Below, piece after piece: positions 9,705-18,062 of a DNA stretch of 64,000 bases. The notes below the pieces were generated by a model, which had not been told where the DNA came from, did not search any database, and saw only the letters and a list, made by a program, of their open reading frames with translations. The DNA comes from Prevotella sp. (lineage in GTDB: Bacteria > Bacteroidota > Bacteroidia > Bacteroidales > Bacteroidaceae). The stretch is from the NCBI GenBank assembly GCA_017477435.1, contig JAFUVV010000016.1, positions 15,421 through 79,420 on the forward strand, given 5' to 3'. The position numbers were made by a program, and so were the translations under genes. The stretch's first letter is position 1, and every line of letters begins with the position of its first letter.

Positions 9705-10646
9705 TTAGAAGAATTTTGTCTCTTCGCCTACGATCTCGCTCAGCAGGAGATTTGCCAGTCTACTGGTACCGAGGCGTAACCACTTGTTTGTCAGCCATTT
9801 TTCGCCGAGCACTTCCTTCACGATAGTGTAATAGGTAATGGCATCCATCACGCTGTTGATTCCTCCGGCAGGCTTGAAGCCAATCTGAATACCGGTTTCG
9901 TTGTAGTATTCCTTAATGGCCTGGCACATCACGTAGGCTGCTTCGGGCGTGGCTGATATCTTCTCTTTTCCCGTTGAAGTCTTGATATAATCAGCTCCGG
10001 CATACATCGATAAAATCGATGCTTTTTTAATATTTTCGGCTGTTTTCAGGCATCCCGTTTCGAGTATTACTTTCATTGGTACCTCTCCGCAGACGTTCTT
10101 CAGTTCGGTTATGTCGTCGGCCACTCCTTCGTAGTCGCCGCTGAGGAACTTGCCCACCGGCATCACGATGTCGATCTCCGTTGCGCCGTCTTTTATTGCC
10201 AGGGCGGTCTCTGCTATCTTCACCTCCATAAGCGCTTGCGACGAAGGGAAACTTCCACTCACGCATGTGACGTTAACATCCTCTACCTCAAGCGTTTGGC
10301 TTACGATTTTGGCAAAGCATGGATACACGCAGATGCATGCCACATTCTTCAGGTCGGGATATGTGTCGGCAAACTGATTCACGCGCTCCGTGAATGCCAG
10401 GACCGACTCGTCGCTGTCGGTGGTCTTAAGGGTGGTGAGCTCGATGCTGCCCATAAGGAATTTCTTCACTTCGAGGGTGTCGTTCTCGTGTACTTTCTCA
10501 CTGATGATTTTCTTCACTGCAGCAGCTACCTGTTCGTCGCTGATGTTGAGGTCATACTTTGCGAAGGCCTGGTCGATGTTGCTTTGTCCGGTAGGGGAGG
10601 TGATGATTTTCAGCTTCCCGGCGGCGGTGTTTTCTACTTTTTCCAT
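9705..10646 (-). CDS. deoC: Deoxyribose-phosphate aldolase
   Basis: GATEIDIV, MKVILET, DYIKTSTGK, GFKPAGG, RLGTS. Confidence 0.97.
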   Translation of the reverse strand: MEKVENTAAGKLKIITSPTGQSNIDQAFAKYDLNISDEQVAAAVKKIISEKVHENDTLEVKKFLMGSIELTTLKTTDSDESVLAFTERVNQFADTYPDLKNVACICVYPCFAKIVSQTLEVEDVNVTCVSGSFPSSQALMEVKIAETALAIKDGATEIDIVMPVGKFLSGDYEGVADDITELKNVCGEVPMKVILETGCLKTAENIKKASILSMYAGADYIKTSTGKEKISATPEAAYVMCQAIKEYYNETGIQIGFKPAGGINSVMDAITYYTIVKEVLGEKWLTNKWLRLGTSRLANLLLSEIVGEETKFF

Positions 10647-10664
10647 AGTTCTGTTTTTATTTGT

Positions 10665-10991
10665 TTATGCTTTTAATTTCTCGTTTGCAATATGTCGTAG
10701 TGAGTCGCGGTTTGTCTTCTTTTCTATAGATTTCTTCAGTTCTTCCGTCAGGTCGACCCCTGTTTGGTTTGCCAGGCAAATCAGTACCCAGAGCACGTCG
10801 GCCATCTCTTCGCCGAGATTATCTTTTTCTCCCGCTTTGAAGCTCTGATCTCCGTATTTCCGGGCAATTATGCGTGCCAGCTCGCCAACCTCTTCTGTGA
10901 GGCAGGCCATATTGGTTAGCTCAGAGAAATACCTCACTCCAAACTTCTTAATCCATTGGTCTACAAGAGTTTGTGCTTCTTTTATAGTCAT
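10665..10991 (-). CDS. MazG-like nucleotide pyrophosphohydrolase
   Basis: LTEEVGELAR...GEEMADVLWVL; conserved position between dtd and deoC. Confidence 0.92.
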   Translation of the reverse strand: MTIKEAQTLVDQWIKKFGVRYFSELTNMACLTEEVGELARIIARKYGDQSFKAGEKDNLGEEMADVLWVLICLANQTGVDLTEELKKSIEKKTNRDSLRHIANEKLKA

Positions 10992-10996
10992 TGTTC

Positions 10997-11281
10997 CTAT
11001 TTGTCGTCAACTATTGTTATGGGTTCTTTTCCTGGGATTTTTATTGTCTGTCCAGTGAAGAAAATGCAACCTACGACGACGCATAAAGCGATTGCTATTA
11101 TGTCGACGACTTGCCGTGGACGACGTTTGTTCTTCATTTGGAAGATCCAGTTGGGTAGCATCAATAGCAGTCCGAACCAGAAGAGTAGGTCGGACGTGTG
11201 CTTGTTGTAGCCAAGAAAGGCTAATGCACTGAATGTCATTAAGAAACCGATACCATTTAGTGCCCAGAGTACTTTTGTCAT
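10997..11281 (-). CDS. Small hypothetical membrane protein (about 3 TM segments)
   Basis: Hydrophobic segments; tightly packed between dtd and the mazG-like gene. Confidence 0.7.
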   Translation of the reverse strand: MTKVLWALNGIGFLMTFSALAFLGYNKHTSDLLFWFGLLLMLPNWIFQMKNKRRPRQVVDIIAIALCVVVGCIFFTGQTIKIPGKEPITIVDDK

Positions 11282-11282
11282 T

Positions 11283-11735
11283 TTATTCTTTGTTTTTAGT
11301 ATCCATGCATATTGTCACGGGACCGTCGTTCAACAGTTCTACCTGCATGTTTGCACCAAATTCCCCAGTCTTAACTTCTTTTCCGATAGCTTCTGTCATC
11401 TGTTGGCAGAATTGTTCATAGAGAGGAATCGAAATATCGTGGTTAGCTGCACGAAACCACGATGGGCGATTGCCTTTCTTGTAAGAAGCGAATAGAGTGA
11501 ATTGACTGATAACCAATATGTTACCATCCGTTTCTTTGATGTCTTTGTTCATTACGCCGTTCTCATCATCGAAGATTCTTAGCTGTGAAATCTTCTTTAC
11601 CAGCCATGTGACATCGTCGGTGCCGTCGTCTTGGCAGATGCCCAAAAGAACGAGCAGACCGTTCTCTATTTCCGACCTTACACTTCCACCAATGCTTACA
11701 CTGGCATGCTTAACTCGTTGAATTACAGCTCTCAT
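11283..11735 (-). CDS. dtd: D-aminoacyl-tRNA deacylase
   Basis: MRAVIQRV, SQFTL, NDGPVT. Confidence 0.97.
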   Translation of the reverse strand: MRAVIQRVKHASVSIGGSVRSEIENGLLVLLGICQDDGTDDVTWLVKKISQLRIFDDENGVMNKDIKETDGNILVISQFTLFASYKKGNRPSWFRAANHDISIPLYEQFCQQMTEAIGKEVKTGEFGANMQVELLNDGPVTICMDTKNKE

Positions 11736-11760
11736 GTTGCAAAATTACGAATATATCTTA

Positions 11761-13602
11761 TTAAATCTGCTCTTTTTCTGTGTAAAAATCTTTAATTATC
11801 TTTGCTTTCGATGGTCCGATAATCTCAGTAAGTGTTTCTGTATCAGCCTCTTTAATTCTTTTTACACTCTTCAGTCTTTTCAGTAGAAGATCCTTTGTCT
11901 TCGGACCGATGCCCGGAATGGAGTCAAGTTCAGAATGAAGCATGCTCTTGTTACGTTTCTGACGATGGAATGTGATCGCAAATCTGTGTACTTCATCCTG
12001 TAGATGGGTAAGCACGTGAAAAAGCTCTGTATCTGTCTTGATACCAACGACTTGTGGTGGATTTCCAAAAAGGAGTTCGTTGGTGCGGTGGCGGTCGTCT
12101 TTAGCGAGTCCGGCGATAGGAATGTTGAGATGAAGTTCGTCTTCCACCACCTCGCGCACAACCGACATCTGGCCTTTTCCGCCATCGGTTATTATCAGGT
12201 CGGGTAGGGGAGTTTGCTCTTCTATCATGCGGCTATATCTGCGCCTGACAACCTCTTGCATCGATGCATAGTCGTCGGGGCCAACAACGGTCTTGATGTT
12301 ATATTTCCTATAATCTTTTCTTGACGGTTTCATCGCCTTAAACACCACGCACGCTGCAACAGCGTTAGTGCCGGAGATATTCGAATTGTCGAAGCATTCT
12401 ATCTGGTATGGCATTTTTTCGAGTTTCAGCTTGTCTTGAAGTTCTTTCATCAGCCGTGTTTGCTTCTGCTCGGGGTTTAGTTTCTCCGATTGTTTTAGTC
12501 TGTCGAACTTATACTGTTTTCCGTTCATTTCCGACAGGTCGAGCAGGTGTTTCTTGTCACCCCGCTGTGGTACGAAGAACGAAGCGTCGTTCAGCGTCCA
12601 GTCTATTTCGAAGGGGACGACAATCTCCTTGGCAGTTGACCCAAATCGGTTTCGTATCTCAATGATCGCGTTTAGAAGAAGTTCTTGTTCGGTTTCATCG
12701 AGTTTTCTCTTATATTCAAATGTAAAGCTCTGATTGATGGCTCCGTTCTTCACATGGATATAGTTGATGAACGCGGTGCGGTTGTGCTCGTCTTCTGTAA
12801 TGGTGAATACGTCGATGTTAGAGATTGTGTGTGATACGACTTCACTCTTTGCCCTGAATCCATCGAGCATAAGGTATTGTTGCTTGAGTTCCTCAGCTTC
12901 TTCAAATTCAAGCTTTTTAGCCTTTTCTAGCATTCTGTTGTAGATGAGGGTGCTCAGTTCTCTTGTGTTTCCTTTCAGGATTTCCCTTGCTTTTGCAATG
13001 TTCTCCTGATAGTTTTCGTAAGATTGTTTGTCGATGCAAGGTCCATAGCAATTCTTCAGATGGTATTTTAGACACGCTTTGAATTTTCCCTCTCTAATAC
13101 CCTCTTTTGTAAGATTTAGCCGGCAGGACCGTGGTTTGTATAGCTTGTAGATTATTTCCAGGAGCTGGTACATCGTGGTTATATGGCTGTATGGTCCATA
13201 ATAAGTGCCGAACTTTTTGTTGATTGTTCTTGTTTTGAATATGCGAGGAAACAGTTCGTTTGTGATACAAATGCTTGGGTATGTCTTGCCGTCTTTCAGC
13301 AGCACATTGTACTTAGGGTTGTACTTCTTTATTAAGTTGTTTTCGAGTAGTAGAGCGTCTTCTTCGCTATTAACGACTGTGTAGCTGATGTCGTGTATCT
13401 TTGAGACCAGAACTTTTGTTTTATATCTGTCGACCTCTGTGTGGAAATACGACGACACCCTCTTCTTTAAGTTTTTGGCTTTACCTACATATATTATTGT
13501 ATGTTTATCGTCATAATACTGGTAGCTGCCAGGTTTTTCCGGCATATTTGCGACGATAAGTTTTAGTTTTTCGAGTCTTTTGGCGTTCTCTTCTTTTGTC
13601 AT
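11761..13602 (-). CDS. uvrC: Excinuclease ABC subunit C
   Basis: GIY-YIG IIYVGKAKNLKKRVSSYF; IECFDNSN, DGGKGQ, DEVHRFA; HhH IPGIGPK. Confidence 0.98.
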   Translation of the reverse strand: MTKEENAKRLEKLKLIVANMPEKPGSYQYYDDKHTIIYVGKAKNLKKRVSSYFHTEVDRYKTKVLVSKIHDISYTVVNSEEDALLLENNLIKKYNPKYNVLLKDGKTYPSICITNELFPRIFKTRTINKKFGTYYGPYSHITTMYQLLEIIYKLYKPRSCRLNLTKEGIREGKFKACLKYHLKNCYGPCIDKQSYENYQENIAKAREILKGNTRELSTLIYNRMLEKAKKLEFEEAEELKQQYLMLDGFRAKSEVVSHTISNIDVFTITEDEHNRTAFINYIHVKNGAINQSFTFEYKRKLDETEQELLLNAIIEIRNRFGSTAKEIVVPFEIDWTLNDASFFVPQRGDKKHLLDLSEMNGKQYKFDRLKQSEKLNPEQKQTRLMKELQDKLKLEKMPYQIECFDNSNISGTNAVAACVVFKAMKPSRKDYRKYNIKTVVGPDDYASMQEVVRRRYSRMIEEQTPLPDLIITDGGKGQMSVVREVVEDELHLNIPIAGLAKDDRHRTNELLFGNPPQVVGIKTDTELFHVLTHLQDEVHRFAITFHRQKRNKSMLHSELDSIPGIGPKTKDLLLKRLKSVKRIKEADTETLTEIIGPSKAKIIKDFYTEKEQI

Positions 13603-13625
13603 GACGGCGTTATGTAGGTCTGTAT

Positions 13626-13641
13626 TGTTCCACGTGAAACA
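13626..13641. promoter_or_regulatory. parS centromere site
   Basis: TGTTCCACGTGAAACA matches the parS consensus TGTTNCACGTGAAACA; intergenic. Confidence 0.9.
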
Positions 13642-13644
13642 TTT

Positions 13645-13685
13645 ATGGGCAATCCAAGAGGTTTCCCCTTTTCAGATTGCCCATA
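13645..13685. terminator. Hairpin between apt and uvrC, adjacent to parS
   Basis: TATGGGCAATC ... GATTGCCCATA inverted repeat. Confidence 0.5.
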
Positions 13686-13694
13686 GTATGTCGA

Positions 13695-14225
13695 TTAAAT
13701 CTGTATTAATGAAGTTACTTCAACATCGTCGTCGAATACGTCTCTACCGTTCAGGTTTTCGTTTACAAGTTCGATAATGAAGTTGCAATATATTTTTTTC
13801 GGATTGAATTTCTTCACCAGGTTGCATGCTGCCTTCATTGTTCCTCCTGTTGCGAGTAGGTCGTCGTGTAGTAGAACGACATCGTTTTCATCGATGGCAT
13901 CCTTATGAATTTCGATGGTGTCGATGCCATATTCCTTTGCATAACTTTCTTGTATTGTCTCGCATGGCAGTTTTCCGGGTTTTCTGCAGAGGACGATACC
14001 TGCGCCTAGTCTGAGTGCGAGAGCCGACGACATGACGAATCCGCGGCTTTCGATACCTACTATTTTCGTAATTCCCTTGTCTTTGTAGAGATCGAACATC
14101 TCGTCGTTAATCAACTTGACACATTCTGCACTTTTAAACAGAGTAGTCACATCTCTGAAGTTTACGCCTTTGATTGGCCAGTCGGGTATGCACCTCAGGT
14201 TTTTTAAAAGAATCTCGTTGTTCAT
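13695..14225 (-). CDS. apt: Adenine phosphoribosyltransferase
   Basis: Start MNNEILL at 14225; GIESRGF, RKPGKLP, LHDDLLATGGT. Confidence 0.97.
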   Translation of the reverse strand: MNNEILLKNLRCIPDWPIKGVNFRDVTTLFKSAECVKLINDEMFDLYKDKGITKIVGIESRGFVMSSALALRLGAGIVLCRKPGKLPCETIQESYAKEYGIDTIEIHKDAIDENDVVLLHDDLLATGGTMKAACNLVKKFNPKKIYCNFIIELVNENLNGRDVFDDDVEVTSLIQI

Positions 14226-14256
14226 TTTGTTTATATTTGTTTTTAGATTATTTTTT

Positions 14257-14272
14257 TGTTCCACGTGAAACA
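14257..14272. promoter_or_regulatory. parS centromere site (second, identical copy)
   Basis: TGTTCCACGTGAAACA in the mnmG-apt gap. Confidence 0.9.
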
Positions 14273-14293
14273 TTTTACTCGTATCTCCTTGTT

Positions 14294-16165
14294 TTATCTT
14301 CCCATTAGTACGAGCAGAACGTTTATGTCGCTTGGTGAGACTCCTGGTATTCGGCTTGCCTGTGCGAGGGTTTCGGGGTTTATCTTGATGAGTTTCTGTC
14401 GTCCCTCTGTAGAGATTTCGTGGAGTGAGGCGTAGTCGAAGTGTCCTTTTATTTTGATGTTTTCGAGTCGTTGCATTTTCTCAGCCACCTCTTTCTCGCG
14501 TTCTATGTAGCCCTTATACTTCATTCTTATCTCTGCTGCCTCTGTGATTTCGTCTTTGCGGTTGGCAGGAGATTCGATCACGCTTTTGAGTTTCGGCAGG
14601 CAGTCGGCAAGTGCGTCGATGGTTACGAATGGTCTTGCCACGAGGTCGGCAATTTTACATCCCGAGGAGAGTGGGGTAGAGCCGAGCTTTTCGAGCGTGG
14701 AATTGACGGTTGTGGGTTTCACTGGAGTCGTATTGCAGAAGTTGATAATCCGGTTGATGGCCTCTTTTTTCTCCAGCCACCAGTCGTATCTTCCTCGTGA
14801 AGCCAGTCCTAGGCGGTAGGCTTTCTCCGTGAGTCTTTCGTCGGCATTATCCTGTCGGAGGAGTATTCTGTACTCAGCTCTTGATGTGAACATTCTGTAC
14901 GGCTCGTCGACCCCTTTTGTTGTGAGGTCGTCGATGAGTACTCCGATATAGCTTTCGTCGCGTCCCATTACGAACGGCTCCCCTCCGGAGCATTTTATTG
15001 CAGCGTTTATGCCGGCGACGGTACCCTGTCCTCCAGCCTCCTCATAGCCTGTTGTGCCGTTCACCTGACCAGCGAAGAACAGTCCGTCTATCACTTTCGA
15101 TTCGAGCGAATGCTGCAGTTGTGTAGGGTCGAAGAAATCGTATTCTATGGCATATCCAGGTCTATACACCTTCACGTCGCGCAGTGCTGGTATGTGGCGT
15201 ATTGCCTCCAGCTGGCAGTCGATAGGCATACTCGACGAGAATCCGTTCAGATACATCTCGTTGGTGTCGGTGCCTTCCGGTTCGAGGAACAGTGGATGTC
15301 GGTCTTTATCGGGGAAGGTGACGAGCTTTGTTTCTATCGAGGGGCAATATCTCGGTCCGATGCTTTGTATCTGTCCGTTGTAGAGTGGAGAGTCGTCGAT
15401 GCGGTTTCTCAGTGTGTTGTGCACCTCTTCGTTTGTATAGCAGATCCAGCATGGCAATTGTGGTAGGTTCTTCCCTTCGCCCATATAGCTGAACTTATAG
15501 TTGTTACGGTCGCCGTCTTGACGTTCCATGTCCTCGAAATGCACACTTCTGCGGTCGATTCTAACAGGTGTTCCTGTCTTCATTCTGTATGACCTAATCC
15601 CTTGACGTTCAATGCTTTCCGTTAGTTTGTGCGCTGCGGGTTCTGCACATCGTCCACCTTCTACTTGTTTGCGTCCGACATGCATCATGCCATTAAGGAA
15701 TGTACCAGCGGTGATGATGACACATCGGGCTTTGATATCAACACCCCAGATGGTTTTCACACCAGTTATCTTGCCATTTTCCACACATATTTCCTCAACC
15801 TGATCTTGCCAGATGTCGAGGTTGTCTGTGTGGTCGAGCGTTTCTCTCCATGTTGTAATGAATTTCGCCCTGTCGCATTGTGCTCTCGGACTCCACACCG
15901 CAGGTCCCTTTCCCATGTTAAGCATGCGGAACTGTATTGTTGTTGCATCGGTGACGAGTCCCATTTGTCCGCCCAATGCATCAATCTCGCGTACAATCTG
16001 TCCTTTCGCTATTCCTCCCACAGCAGGGTTGCAACTCATCTGTGCGATTTTATTCATATCCATCGTCACGAGACAAGTCCTTGCCCCGAGGTTGGCTGCA
16101 GCAGTAGCTGCTTCACATCCAGCATGACCACCGCCAACTACCACGATGTCGTATTTCATTTCCAT
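14294..16165 (-). CDS. mnmG: tRNA uridine 5-carboxymethylaminomethyl modification enzyme MnmG/GidA
   Basis: Start MEMKYDIVVVGGGHAG at 16165; SCNPAVGG, GPRYCPSIE, FAGQVNGTTGYEEA, YRMFTSRAEYR. Confidence 0.98.
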   Translation of the reverse strand: MEMKYDIVVVGGGHAGCEAATAAANLGARTCLVTMDMNKIAQMSCNPAVGGIAKGQIVREIDALGGQMGLVTDATTIQFRMLNMGKGPAVWSPRAQCDRAKFITTWRETLDHTDNLDIWQDQVEEICVENGKITGVKTIWGVDIKARCVIITAGTFLNGMMHVGRKQVEGGRCAEPAAHKLTESIERQGIRSYRMKTGTPVRIDRRSVHFEDMERQDGDRNNYKFSYMGEGKNLPQLPCWICYTNEEVHNTLRNRIDDSPLYNGQIQSIGPRYCPSIETKLVTFPDKDRHPLFLEPEGTDTNEMYLNGFSSSMPIDCQLEAIRHIPALRDVKVYRPGYAIEYDFFDPTQLQHSLESKVIDGLFFAGQVNGTTGYEEAGGQGTVAGINAAIKCSGGEPFVMGRDESYIGVLIDDLTTKGVDEPYRMFTSRAEYRILLRQDNADERLTEKAYRLGLASRGRYDWWLEKKEAINRIINFCNTTPVKPTTVNSTLEKLGSTPLSSGCKIADLVARPFVTIDALADCLPKLKSVIESPANRKDEITEAAEIRMKYKGYIEREKEVAEKMQRLENIKIKGHFDYASLHEISTEGRQKLIKINPETLAQASRIPGVSPSDINVLLVLMGR

Positions 16166-16186
16166 AGTAGCTATATCTCCGACAAA

Positions 16187-16353
16187 GTTACATAAAATCG
16201 AGTGCAGTACAAAAAGAAATTGTTCTTTTTTAATGCCGAGATATGGTAACTTCTTCATTCATAAGGATGGAAATGTTACATAAAATCAAGTGCAGTACAA
16301 AAAGACGAGTTGTTGAGTAAAGCGAAAAAATTATTCTTTTTTATGCCGAGATA
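16187..16353. repeat. Duplicated upstream block between mnmG and the phosphatase gene
   Basis: GTTACATAAAATC(G/A)AGTGCAGTACAAAAAGA at 16187-16217 and 16275-16305, each followed by TTCTTTTTT(A)ATGCCGAGATA. Confidence 0.85.
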
Positions 16354-16441
16354 ATGTTAAAAAAGAGATTTGATTTTGTATTATAACGGAATATTGTTAA
16401 TTTTGCAGATAGAAAGCTGTTTAACACTAATCTTTTACATT

Positions 16442-17401
16442 ATGAAAAATTTTAAGCTATCATTTATTTTTCTCACCCTTGTATTTCTCGGGTCAAGTAT
16501 AACAGTCTGTCAAGCCAAGCGCCACCAACCCAAGGCAAAAGCCAAGCATGTAGTCCTTATCGGTATTGACGGTTGGGCCGCCAAAAGTATTGCAGATGCC
16601 GACATGCCATGCGTGAAAGGCACCCTCATGGCGAACGGTAGCTATACACTGAAAAAACGTTCTGTATTACCTTCAGCATCGGCTATCAACTGGGCATCGG
16701 TGTTTATGGGTGTTGGCACAGAAAGCCATGGCTACACAAAGTGGTTCTCGAAGGTGCCGGAGATTCCTTCATCGGTTACCAACGAACGCGGCATCTTCCC
16801 CACCATTTATTCTATTCTTAAAGAACAACGACCAGAAGCGCGTTCTGGACTGCTCTGCGACTGGGACGTCATCAAGCATCTTGTCGACTCTGCGTGTGTT
16901 GATGATGTGATGTTTATCCCCGGCGGTAGCTCTGGCGACGAGTATGTGGAGAAAAATGGAGGCACCAAGTTCGACTATACTATGGTCGCTGCCAATTATA
17001 TTAAGGAAAAGAAACCGACGTTTTTAACCGTCTATTTCTCAGGTCTCGATCACGCCGGACATACTTTTGGATGGTACACCGACGAATACTATGCCTTTGA
17101 GAAATTCGTCGATCAGTGCGTTCAACTCATTGTCGATGCAACTAAAGAAGCCGGCATTTACGACGACACTATTTTCGTTCTTACATCCGATCATGGCGGC
17201 ATAGATAAAGGACACGGGGGCATGACGCTCGACGAGATGCTTTCACCTTTTGTCGTCTGTGGAAAAGGCATCAAAGAAGGGTTTGTGATAACAGATGCCA
17301 TGATGCAATACGATGTACCTGCCACTGTAGCCTACATGCTCGGGGTTAACCCTCCGCAAGCCTGGGTTGGGCGTCCAATGACTTCCATCTTCAAGAAATA
17401 A
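16442..17401 (+). CDS. Secreted alkaline phosphatase-superfamily (NPP/phosphodiesterase) protein
   Basis: Start MKNFKLSF; HVVLIGIDG, PSASAINW, LDHAGH, LTSDHGG. Confidence 0.9.
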   Translation: MKNFKLSFIFLTLVFLGSSITVCQAKRHQPKAKAKHVVLIGIDGWAAKSIADADMPCVKGTLMANGSYTLKKRSVLPSASAINWASVFMGVGTESHGYTKWFSKVPEIPSSVTNERGIFPTIYSILKEQRPEARSGLLCDWDVIKHLVDSACVDDVMFIPGGSSGDEYVEKNGGTKFDYTMVAANYIKEKKPTFLTVYFSGLDHAGHTFGWYTDEYYAFEKFVDQCVQLIVDATKEAGIYDDTIFVLTSDHGGIDKGHGGMTLDEMLSPFVVCGKGIKEGFVITDAMMQYDVPATVAYMLGVNPPQAWVGRPMTSIFKK

Positions 17402-17411
17402 AGAAAAGCAA

Positions 17412-17507
17412 TGATATAGTTAGCGTCTGTAACATAGTAACTATATCACTACCTTTATAATACCTCTTCTCCTCAACACGTTTTATCCGTGTGGGAGAAG
17501 AGTTTTT
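17412..17507 (+). terminator. Two tandem hairpins after the phosphatase gene
   Basis: TGATATAGTTA/TAACTATATCA (17412-17448); CTCTTCTCC...GGAGAAGAG plus TTTTT (17464-17507). Confidence 0.65.
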
Positions 17508-17790
17508 CATTATTAAAAAGTCTTTTCTCAGATACTTAGAAGCAGAAGAAAGACAACTTGTTAATGAGCAAGAAACCAAAGAGTCGGCCCTTACCCAGTA
17601 GCTTATTAATCATCTCAAGTATATGGGCATAAATGTCCATAATAGAGAAGAGATGATTCAATATCTCAATGAACATGGGTACGGAAGTATTCAGGAAGCT
17701 GTTAAAAGGGTTATGTATAACTTTGATTTTTTAGTTCGATACTCCCCCCTTGCAAAACCCTTTGTGGATAAAGGCTTTCGCGATATGTGA
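17508..17790 (+). pseudogene. AT-rich gene remnant of unknown origin with one in-frame TAG
   Basis: Frame open from 17461 to 17790 apart from TAG at 17599-17601: ...YLEAEERQLVNEQETKESALTQ*LINHLKYMGINVHNREEMIQYLNEHGYGSIQEAVKR... Confidence 0.4.
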
Positions 17791-17874
17791 AAATTTTGCT
17801 AGCAAAATTTTCAATAAAGAGCCCCTTTAATGGCAATAAAGAGCCTTTTATGTCGAAATTTTGCTAGCAAAATT
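17788..17874. repeat. Two palindromes flanking two 22-bp CAATAAA-N7-TTTAATG units
   Basis: Perfect 26-bp TGAAAATTTTGCTAGCAAAATTTTCA (17788-17813) and 18-bp AATTTTGCTAGCAAAATT (17857-17874); units at 17812 and 17834. Confidence 0.85.
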
Positions 17875-18062
17875 ATTAATAGATGGTTTTGTTGTGCAGA
17901 AAGAAGTACGTATTTTGAAGTGGAAAGCAGGCAAGTCTTCGTTGGAGGCAAAGTGTGGGGAATGAAAATGTAGCATGGAAAATTCTTTTTATAGGTGTAA
18001 TTTTTGTATATTTGCAGAATGAAAGGATTTGGGCGAATGTGTTTTTCTTAAATATAAATACT

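Noticed and set aside
16166-16258. Upstream extensions in the ORF track (mnmG, apt, susD, dapB, dusB and others)
   Set aside because: Downstream ATGs match family N-termini; the extensions run through promoters, parS or neighbouring genes
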